A stretch of 64,000 nt of DNA, from NCBI GenBank assembly GCA_964106915.2, contig OZ066919.1; one strand, written 5' to 3'. Every line of letters starts with the position of its first letter. Position 1 is the first letter of the stretch. The translations under genes were made by a program, and so were the position numbers. Source of the DNA: Podarcis gaigeae. Its lineage: Eukaryota. The notes beneath the pieces are model-generated. The model saw only the letters and a list, made by a program, of their open reading frames with translations. It was not told the origin of the DNA and did no database searches. Below, piece by piece: positions 54,955 through 64,000 of this stretch.

Positions 54955-55135
54955 CTGTTGTTGGTATCCGTTTGTCTCTGGAGTTTGCCATCGGGGGTGA
55001 AGGCAAACTGTTGGAGAGTTACAACACCAGCTGTGGCTGTACAGACCAATTTAGGGGAGACGTGTTTGTTGCAGCCGCGGCAGATGAAGGAAGGCGTCTG
55101 GTTTCGCCAGTGCAGATGCACCAGGGAGGTTCTTC
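54955..55135 (-). mobile_element. RTE LINE 3' end (zinc knuckle and tail)
   Basis: FICRGCNK then, after a frameshift, IGLYSHS.CCNS; ends cggataccaacaac. Confidence 0.7.
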
Positions 55136-55610
55136 TGTGACCGTAACATGCTGACATTTTCAGAAGGATAACCATCATGGAACACTGTATACACACCATA
55201 CCTTTGTAAAGCAAATTGCTTCCGCCAGAGAATCCTAGGAACTGTCATTTGTTAAGGGTGTTGGGGATCGTAGCTCTGTGAGAGGAATTTTATTCCATTG
55301 TTATTTTAAATGCCCCACGTGGTTTACAAAGAAGAAACAAAAGTGCAGCAAAGCACTTGGAAACATAACAAAAAGAAGTGAAAAAACGAACCACGCTAGG
55401 TCCCATACAAGGAGCCGTGGAGAAAACACGTGCATTTGGAGACCCTTATGCTCCCCACCAAAAACATGCTCCCCCAAAGAGGATTCTTAGTTTGGGTCAA
55501 ACTGAACACTGTGTGCGCATACATGTGCATCTGCACCCTCCCAGTCTAGAAATGTCCAACCTCACAAAGAGTAGAGGAAATGAGGATATGTATTATGAAG
55601 CTAGTTTTAA

Positions 55611-55970
55611 NNNNNNNNNNNNNNNNNNNNNNNNNNNNNNNNNNNNNNNNNNNNNNNNNNNNNNNNNNNNNNNNNNNNNNNNNNNNNNNNNNNNNNNNNN
55701 NNNNNNNNNNNNNNNNNNNNNNNNNNNNNNNNNNNNNNNNNNNNNNNNNNNNNNNNNNNNNNNNNNNNNNNNNNNNNNNNNNNNNNNNNNNNNNNNNNNN
55801 NNNNNNNNNNNNNNNNNNNNNNNNNNNNNNNNNNNNNNNNNNNNNNNNNNNNNNNNNNNNNNNNNNNNNNNNNNNNNNNNNNNNNNNNNNNNNNNNNNNN
55901 NNNNNNNNNNNNNNNNNNNNNNNNNNNNNNNNNNNNNNNNNNNNNNNNNNNNNNNNNNNNNNNNNNNNNN
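55611..55970. other. Assembly gap (360 N)
   Basis: Run of N. Confidence 1.
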
Positions 55971-56081
55971 AAAGCAATATTCTAACACAATCACATTTCT
56001 AACTTAAAGAAAGTTAGAGTGCTAAACTCTAAAGGGAAAATAACATTGAATGTAGAGATAGTGACAAAGTTTAGCTCTCTT

Positions 56082-56439
56082 AGGTAAAGGGTAAAGGGAC
56101 CCCTGACCATTAGGTACAGTCGTGGCCGACTCTGGGGTTGCGGCGCTCATCTCACTTTATTGGCCGAGGGAGCCGGCGTACAGCTTCCAGTTCATGTGGC
56201 CAGCATGACTAAGCCGCTTCTGGCGAACCAGAGCAGCGCACAGAAACGCCATTTACCTTCCCGCCAGAGCGGCACCTATTTATTTACTTGCACTTTGACA
56301 TGCTTTCAAACTGCTAGGTTGGCAGGAGCTGGGACCGAGCAACGGGAGCTCACCCCGTCACGGGGATTCGAACCGCCGACCTTCTGATCGGCAAGTCCTA
56401 GGCTCTGTGGTTTAACCCACAGCACCACTCGCATCCCTC
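56082..56439 (-). mobile_element. Full-length Sauria SINE with 11-bp TSD
   Basis: TSD ttagctctctt at 56071-56081 and 56440-56450; B box and ggtaaa tail present. Confidence 0.93.
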
Positions 56440-57702
56440 TTAGCTCTCTTGGCTGTGGTTAAAAGCCTAATGTTGATAGATATGCTCACTGAACTTCTTT
56501 GTACTTGACACCACCATCTTCAAGATCCCTGATGCAGATCTTAACATGTCAGCAGATTCATGTGCAAAGGGGCAATCACCTTTAGTTAAAACGTTGCAAG
56601 TAGTCAATTCTGTTTTCCTTAGGAAAAGAATATAGACTAGCCATGAACTCATGCAACCTCTGAGTATCTGCGGACTTCACGTTTCCTTCCACTTCAGTCT
56701 GACCCTATGTAAATGTCTTTGGTGTTCATCAGTCGATTTTCAGAGGGTTGCAAAGTGACACTCTCGCTTTCTGTTATTCCTCCCATCTAATGTCCTTTTA
56801 TATATATAAAAAAGCCACCTTTCTTGCAAGATTCAACATTTTCATAATATTGTTGTTGCACCCCATGAATACTCCTTACAAAGTATATTCTTGTGGTTTG
56901 TGTCACTTAAGGCATCAAGCCTGATTTGGATCCAATGGCTATACCATCCTGATCAAGTCTGATCAGGCCTGACTGTCCGCCTCTCACCCCATCAACTGCT
57001 TTGATCACTGTGAGCAGCCAGGATGCAGATACATTGGTGGCTCTGAGACTCTGCAAAGCTCCAGATTAGTACTGCAGCCTTAGTGAGTTAATTACGCTGT
57101 CATCCTGTCTATGCCTGGCAGCTCAGAAATAAGTCCCACTGAGGCCAGTGAGGATTTCTCCAAGGTATTGTAGCCTTACAGGTGAATCTTGTAGAGTCAT
57201 CATTCTTCACCTCATAAAACTGTACAATTGGCTTGGAGGAAGGTTTGCTGTAAATGCTTCTTTCTTTCTGAAATTAACAGACCTTTGCTTTCAAATGAAT
57301 TTGTAATGCCTGTTATTAGCACTACTTTGCTATGGTCGGGAATCAGGAATCTCAGGTCTGTCCATCTGGTCTTCAGTACTCACCCAAGGCTGTCTCTCTG
57401 TCTCTGGGCCACACAATCCTTCTCCACAGGCCACCCCCCTCACTGACTGTGCTCCATAAACTCCTAGACTGCTTTTGCCTGGCTGGAATGAGTCCTTGAA
57501 CTGTCATAAAGCAGGTGGATGTGGGTGTGTAAAAACCCTCTAGGGTTTTGCATGACTGAAATGTAACCTACTGTACATAGGGAAGAGTTATATCCATTGC
57601 TCCGCCCACTTTTCCCTCTGGCCCCACCCACCGCTGGAATGTGGACCCTGGAAACTTGTTCACAAGGGAATGAGACCCCTGTCGTAAGTGAAGCTTTAGG
57701 GT

Positions 57703-58180
57703 TGTGGCGATCACACAGGGTCCCTGGACGTTTGACGGTCTATTGATCCCTGTGCCACCACTGTGATTGCTTCCCCGCTGCCACCAACGCGTTTCACTCG
57801 GCTACACACGGAGTCCAGACAGTTGTTAACATTAAATCAAGTAAGCAAGTTTATTTTATAAGCATTAACAAGGTTATGGTTTATGGTTTCAGATCATTTT
57901 TCTTGTCAGTTTCTTAATCTTAGTTTCTTTACTGACCTATACCTTCCTAATAACTTCTAACTGATTATCCCAACTGTCTATCTGACTCCTCCTAAGAGTT
58001 TCTCTCACTCTCACACATCAAAACTAGACCAACCCACAGACTTATCCTCCCTCTTCCTTCTCCAACTCCCAACTGACTTCCCGACAACTCCAACTCTAAC
58101 TCTAACTCCTCCCCTTGGGTTCCCACTGGCCAATCACTTCACCCTTTCCTTATGACCCACCTAGGAGGGCAAACGCCACA
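57703..58180 (-). mobile_element. Solo LTR, 478 bp
   Basis: TGTGGCG...CGCCACA inverted termini, perfect 5-bp TSD AGGGT (57698-57702, 58181-58185), AATAAA on minus at 57855-57850. Confidence 0.88.
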
Positions 58181-59199
58181 AGGGTTATTAGGGTTATTAG
58201 AGATGCCTATTCTGGTGAAGCAAATGAGTCACCACAGGGCAATGTGCACATCAGGAAGTGACATGCATTTGAAACTATGTCCCCAAAGAGACTAAACATC
58301 ATCAGTACAAGCAAAATTCAACCAGTAATGAAAAGGATGGTGAATTAAGCCAGGGTTTGTTCTGGGAAACTGGTTAGTTCATGATAAGCTTTGTTACATG
58401 CCAATGGAACTGAAGGAGAACGGCAGAGCATGAGAGAAACTGAGAGGTCAGGTTCCTAAAATTGCTAACAAAGAACATGAAAGCCCATTTGGATAGACCA
58501 GAAGATGTGGCTTCTCCTTGCCAATCTTTCTTTGCATTTCTAAACCACTTAATATTTTAAAGTATCTAAGCGGGATACAAAAATCCATTTTAAAAAAGGC
58601 ATTGCTCCATCACAGTGGCATGAAGAACAGGGAAAAGCCAGCAGTCAGCTTCCCAAAGCAGTCTGCTGGACCAGCAAATTAAGCAAAACAAAAACAAAAA
58701 AGCTTAATGATGAGAGCCATGTGGGCTGCCCTGAGAAGGACATTCCATAAGGTTGGTGCCACATCTGGAAAGGCTCTGCTGCTTCTGGTCACCTGTCATG
58801 CTTCAGTTGGAGAATGAGATGGAAAAGGATCTCAGATGTTGAATGGAGAACACAGGAAAGAGAATGCAGTCCCTATGACAACCAGGCCCTAACCTGTGCT
58901 GGTAATTTTCAATACCAACTTTAAAGTTAACGTTTCAAAAATTAATTAATAGACCACACTAGCCACCAGACCTATGACTGTGCCCTGTTTTCATTGATTT
59001 CCTTATTCTGCAACAAACAGACCTGCATTTTTATAGTATTAAAGTAATGAAATCAAATGTTATCTAACAAATGTGGGAGGGCATGGAATTTACAGTGTTC
59101 CAACTATCTTGGAGTCTCTCATTCAGTCATATTAAATACTCACACTGTGGAAGGAAGGAAACAAGGAATTTTGGTGAGGAAATACTCTTCCAGTGTTTT

Positions 59200-59824
59200 T
59201 CAGATACTTTCTTCTATCACCTGATCCGAGGACGTGTTCTCCATTTTAGATGTGTCTGGTTCTTGTTTCAGGCAGAAGACATGGGTTTTCAAAATCAAGA
59301 TATACATTTTTCGGAACCTTTTGATTCTCAAGGCATACACAATGGGATTTAAGGAAGAATTGGCATGGGAGAGTAGAATGGCCACATCTAACACCGGCAG
59401 GGGGACACGACATGTTTGGCAGAAATGTGAGACGGAGTTGATAATGAGCAGAGGCAGCCAGCACACAATGAACAAGAAGAGAACCAGAGCCAAAGATTTG
59501 ATCATTTTGAACTCCCTCCCATAAAGGATCCGTGTTCCTTTCATGCATGTTGCATTTTGTTTCAGCTTTGTTTGGAGGATGTTGAAGATCTCTGAGTAGA
59601 GAGCACACATGATCAGCAGTGGGACAAGGATCCAGGAGAAGAAGCTGAAGTACACCACGTAATCCATGCTCATCACCGTTGGGTAAGAACACTTCAAGTA
59701 GATGGGGTTTTCAGGCTTCCTTAGGTTCCATCCAAACATGGGCACGAGCCCCACCAACAGAGACGTGATCCAGCAGAAACTCAGAGCCGCCCAGATTCTT
59801 CTCCGTGTGACCATTGCTTTGTAT
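59200..59824 (-). CDS. ADORA3: Adenosine receptor A3(-like), coding exon 2 (TM4-TM7, C-tail)
   Basis: Branch point CTAAC plus ctgctttttcaaatAG acceptor (AG 59826-59825) gives in-frame R|YKAMVTRRRIW. Motifs PMFGWN, YGREFK..KSL, CWLP, LLSHANS.LNPIVYA; TGA at 59202-59200. Spliced CDS is 954 nt = 317 aa. Confidence 0.96.
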
Positions 59825-60022
59825 CTATTTGAAAAAGCAGGTTAGTTTAAAATATTTTACAGATGGGATTCTGCTTGCAGCACCATCCTTATACTATGAT
59901 TTGTCACAGACTTTTTCATTTTCGGCAGGCTGGGAGAAAGCACAAGGAGCATTACTTTGGTGCATGGGATATATTGTAACTTTTCCAGTGAAAATCCACA
60001 GCCATGACTTCATGGTACTCAC
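59825..60022 (-). other. ADORA3 coding intron, 198 bp, phase 2
   Basis: GTGAGT...CTAAC...TAG; lies just after DRYLRVKxxxR, as in mammalian ADORA3. Confidence 0.93.
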
Positions 60023-60351
60023 CGTATGGCCAGTTTCACTCTCAGATATCGGTCTGTTGCAATGGCCAGCAGGGACATGATGGAAGCGTGACAAAAGATC
60101 ATCAAGATGCAGCAGATGAAAAGGCAAGCGTAGAAGTGGAGAACAACCTCCAGCCTCAGCACAACGGCCAGAGGGGCAACAAGGACCCCAACGGCAATAT
60201 CAGCCAGTGCCAAGGACACGATGAAGTAAAAAGTGGTGTTCTGGTAGGCCGGGATCCGTCTCACCACGCAGATCACTAGAGCATTTCCTAAAGTGGCAGT
60301 CACTGCTATCAGCACCTCAACGATGATGTAGACAATGTGCAAAGTATTCAT
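60023..60351 (-). CDS. ADORA3: Adenosine receptor A3(-like), coding exon 1 (TM1-TM3)
   Basis: ATG at 60351 with an in-frame TAA upstream. [16 protein letters not shown]...GNALVICVV...[23 protein letters not shown]...[23 protein letters not shown] matches human ADORA3 ([39 protein letters not shown]). Ends at phase-2 donor CG|GTGAGT (GT 60022-60021). Confidence 0.96.
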
Positions 60352-60713
60352 GGACAAACTTCTCTCGGTCCTCTTCAACTTATGGAGTTATGGTGCCCTC
60401 ACAGAGCAAGAGCCCAATGTAGAAGAGTTGGAATCTAAGGCTTCCTCTCATGCGCTAACTGGTCTTTTTTTTAAAAAAAAAAAACTCTTCCCGATACCTT
60501 GTAGAATTGCAGAAGTTAAGTAAGCTGTTCTCTTGTACTCTGCCTCTCAAAGAGTAGCTTTCATGCGGGAACCCACAAAGTAAAATAGTTCCTGTTAATG
60601 CTTCACACATTCCAACCTGCTTTGGCAAGTTGCTATGAAACAAAACAAAAAAAACCATATAAAAAAAACAAAACCATATGAAAAAAAACGAGGGGAAAAA
60701 ACACTGGCACAAG

Positions 60714-60715
<2 letters not shown>

Positions 60716-60748
<33 letters not shown>
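60716..60748. repeat. (TG)n microsatellite upstream of ADORA3
   Basis: Directly visible. Confidence 0.95.
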
Positions 60749-60750
<2 letters not shown>

Positions 60751-60759
60751 GGTCTGTAC

Positions 60760-61077
60760 TTTAAATAAAGATAATACAGGAAATGAAAATCTGTAAGATA
60801 AAGAAATCATTTAACTTTATCAATAGGTTTCCTGAAGCTTCTGATAGCATCTCATGCTTGATAAGGATGGCATTTTGATCGCTGTTCATGACAGGTTCCT
60901 AGGCACCCTCTGTTACGTTGGTTACTAAGAAGTTTTCAAAAAAATCTTATTTTAACAACTTCCATGAAATGTAGCAATAAAGGGGTGAGGTAACTTTAGG
61001 AAACAATGTAGTAACATCCAACCTGACAGGAAGTTACAAACTTGGTTTTTATGTGAAAGAAATATTTAAGAGGAAGT
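60760..61077 (-). promoter_or_regulatory. Putative ADORA3 proximal promoter (TATA-like, GATA cluster, ETS/EICE)
   Basis: TATTTAAA on minus at 60767-60760; five WGATAR sites within 60769-60864; GGAAATGAAA 60779-60788; CAGGAAGT 61027-61034; AAGAGGAAGT 61068-61077. Motif evidence only. Confidence 0.4.
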
Positions 61078-61360
61078 TAAAACATTTAAGTGCCAGGACA
61101 TAAATGTGCCCTTTACAGTGAGGCACCTGGTGAAAAAAATCCTCTTCACCTGCAAATCAATAGCCTTTTAAAGTGAGGAGGGGTGGGTTATTGCCTTTTT
61201 ATTATGTGTTCTATGTTATAAACTTTCTTGTGGTCTCTTGATGAAGGGTGGTATATAAATTTAACAAATGAAAATAAATAAAAGCGGCAACAACGGGCAG
61301 TAGATTCCAAAGAAGGCCCCATACTTCTGTCTCCAACTCGACATTCCTGCCACCCAGTTA

Positions 61361-62093
61361 CAGTGGCACCTCTAATTACAAACTTAATTCATTCTGGTGG
61401 TCCGTTCTTAACCTGAAACTGTTCTTAACTAGAGGCGTGCTTTCACTAATGGGGCTTCTTGCTGCCGCTGCGCTACTGGCGCACGATTTCTATTCTCATC
61501 CTGGGGCATGGTACTCAACTCGAGGTAACTCTTCCAGGCTAGCGGAGTTTGTAACCTGAAGCGTTTGTAACCTGAGGCAGTTGTAAGTAGAGGTTCTACT
61601 AGTGGTACCTTGTTTTACAAACTTAATTCATTTCGGAAGTCCGTTCTTAAACCAAAGCATTCTTAAACCAAGGCGTGCTTTCCCATAGCAGTGGGGGACT
61701 CAATTTACAAATGGAACACACTCAACAGGAAGAGGAACACGTTCTGCTTCCAAGGCAAAGTTCACAAACCAAATCACCTACAGTGGTACCTCGGGTTAAG
61801 TACTTAATTCATTCTGGAGGTCCGTTCTTAACCTGAAACTGTTCTTAACCTGAAGCACCACTTTAGCTAATGGGGCCTCCTGCTGCTGCCGCACCGTCGA
61901 ACACCGATTTCTGTTCTTATCCTGAAGCAAAGTTCTTAACCTGAAGCACTATTTCTGGGTTAGCGGAGTGTGTAACCTGAAGCGTATGTAACCTGAAGCG
62001 TATGTAACCCGAGGTATCACAGTACTTCGGGTTTGCAGCGTTCTTAATCCAGTTGTCCATAAACTAAGCTGTTCTTAAACCAAGGTACCAATG
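61361..62093. mobile_element. Cluster of three Tigger-like MITEs: 61361-61600, and 61601-62093 with nested 61781-62022
   Basis: Three (C)AGTGG(T/C)ACCT starts; the inner copy is flanked by TA. Confidence 0.85.
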
Positions 62094-63091
62094 CACAAAG
62101 GCTGATACTGCTAGTCCCAATGCAACATCAGTATAGCAACAGGAAATCCTAAACCATATCTCTGCCAGCAAGCACTAAACTTCTGCTATTCTGTTCTCCA
62201 TTTCCACATGTGGAATCTAGGTCATATATGTACAGAGAGCTGGCTAGCAAGTAAGATCCATATCTCCACTCAACCACATAGGCCAAGTTTGACCCACCTG
62301 TCAACCACCTGACATCATGATGGCACCACTGACCATTTTTGCAGCACTTTGCTAGTGTTGACTATCAGCTGATTGCTGGCATTAGGGAAATCCTGTGTAC
62401 ATGCTTCTCAAACACCGGCTCTAAGCCAATAGGCAGCACTTGGGAAGTACTGGGCAAGGGGCTTTGCAGGCAGCGTCAATCAGCTGCTTGGTGGTGTTTG
62501 CACACCCCCTTTCATCCAAACCATGTCTTTACCTGCCCAACACCTGCTGGCATATATGAAGTAAAGTATAGGGCAGGTGCTTGTGACTTGGCCAAAACAG
62601 CCTTGTGAGGCAAATAGGGAGCCCTAATGGCTGTAATTAGACTCACAAGCCAGAGATTCCCCTCACCTACATTCAAGATCAATAATAAAAACAGGTTTCA
62701 GCCTCCATCCTAGCAAATGGGGGTGGCTCACATCTCAGCTTGTCTAGTATTTCCATTTAAAGAGGTCTGAAGCACTAACATATTCTCCTTTCTGAGAGAA
62801 AGGAGGACCTAACATATCAGGTGAGGGTCAACTAAGTTTTACTCAGATTCTGAAATTAATCAACATGACTTAAGTTAGGTCCATTGATTTCAACTAGTCT
62901 TCCCTGAGTAAAATTTAGTTGAATTTTACCCATTGCTTTCAGACATACCCCACAAGCCTCTAGTCACTCCAAATACTTTTAGATACAAATCTGATGAATT
63001 TTTAATGTGATTAAAATGCTTCCCTAAAATGCATGTTGATTGCAATAAGAATCCAAAGGAACTCATGACAAGTACAATTTTGATCAATGTA

Positions 63092-63325
63092 CAGTGGTAC
63101 CTCAAGCGTCTCGGAAGCTGAACAATTTGGAACCTGAACGCCGAAGACCTAGAAGTAATTGCTTCCATTTTCAAACGCACCTCAGAAGTCGAATGGCTTC
63201 TGCTGCGTATTGTTGTATTTTTTCCATTTACTTTGCTGACTGCCCTTAGTGCCTCGGTTGTCGAACGTTTCAGAAGTTGAACTGTCTTCCGGAATGGATT
63301 GCATTCGACAACAGAGGTACCACTG
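63092..63325. mobile_element. Tigger-like MITE (different subfamily)
   Basis: CAGTGGTACCTC...GAGGTACCACTG with TA TSD. Confidence 0.85.
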
Positions 63326-63628
63326 TACATGAATCCAGAGAAAATGAATGAATGCTTAGAAATGACCACTGTGATTATCTTCAGAGGCCCTCCCAGTTTG
63401 TTGCAACTTGCAGGTGTGCAACTGTCAACATCCAGGAAAAGAGCCTTCTCTGTGGTGGCTCCCATACTCTGGAATATCCCCCACCCAGAAAAAAGGCATG
63501 TATCAACTACATTGTTTTAGTTTAATGCATGCTAAAAACTTTTTTGCTTAACTTGGCTTTTGCTGGTTCATGATGCCTGCTATGGTTTTAAGTCTGACTA
63601 CTGGTAATTTTTTGGTTTCAATAATATT

Positions 63629-63858
63629 GGGCGGTATCCAACTAACTTGTTTCATCAGTGCAAGGATTTCTGCTTGCACGCTTGAACTTCCTGACATTCT
63701 TTCCCCCTGTGAGCCCCCAAAATCTATTCTGGGTATTTCTCCAACTCTCTGGAGTGGATTTGGGGAGGGTACAAGGTGCATGCTGGGATAGGAAGTGGGG
63801 AAGTTCTGTTGCGCAAGCAGAAATCCTTGTGCTGATGAAATGAGTTGCATACAATCCC
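63629..63858. mobile_element. Palindromic MITE-like element
   Basis: tttcatcagtgcaaggatttctgcttgc pairs with gcaagcagaaatccttgtgctgatgaaa; gtatccaact/agttgcatac ends. Confidence 0.7.
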
Positions 63859-64000
63859 TTGTATTTTGTTTTATTATTAATATGCAGTGTCTGAAGATGA
63901 TATATTAAAATTTTAAACAATCACCTGCAATGCAAACAGCTAATTTGAACAAATAATATAGTCTGTCTCCCTCTCTTAGCATGGTAGCTATCAGCAAGGA

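Noticed and set aside
55378-56007. Long ORFs across Ns
   Set aside because: Artefacts of the gap.
57696-58200. TTAGGG motifs at the LTR insertion site suggesting interstitial telomere
   Set aside because: Only two non-contiguous units within a 9-bp duplication.
60352-60378. ORF-track N-terminal extension MKRTERSLS
   Set aside because: It starts at TTG; the first in-frame ATG is 60351, which gives a typical 317-aa receptor.
62926-63465. 179-aa minus-strand ORF
   Set aside because: It spans an L2 remnant and a Tigger-like MITE; no protein motif.
1-64000. CRISPR arrays, operons or prokaryotic defence systems
   Set aside because: The sequence is vertebrate; recurring repeats are dispersed transposons, not repeat-spacer arrays.

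Overview
Eukaryotic, repeat-rich vertebrate DNA. Sauria SINEs with (TTTACC)n tails, Squam-type SINEs and RTE/CR1/L2/L1 fragments indicate a squamate, most likely a lacertid lizard (inference). The only well-supported protein-coding gene is a two-exon adenosine A3 receptor (ADORA3-like) on the minus strand: exon 1 60351-60023, a 198-bp GT-AG intron, exon 2 59824-59200, 317 aa. The other ~59 kb is intergenic or intronic: a decayed 2.8-kb RTE LINE, LINE 3' ends, SINEs, many (often nested) Tc1/mariner, hAT and Harbinger MITEs, two solo LTRs, two DIRS/Ngaro-like remnants, microsatellites and a 360-N gap. Most notable points: (i) the intact receptor has substitutions at adenosine-pocket positions invariant in the four human adenosine receptors, keeps an A1/A2A-like ECL3 CxxC and has no extracellular N-glycosylation sequon; (ii) a co-oriented solo LTR holds the first canonical poly(A) signal after its stop; (iii) a GATA/ETS/EICE cluster and a signal-peptide-like uORF lie upstream; (iv) a speculative chain of distal minus-strand exons is in frame with exon 1. 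Repeat family names are by-eye assignments; no searches were run.
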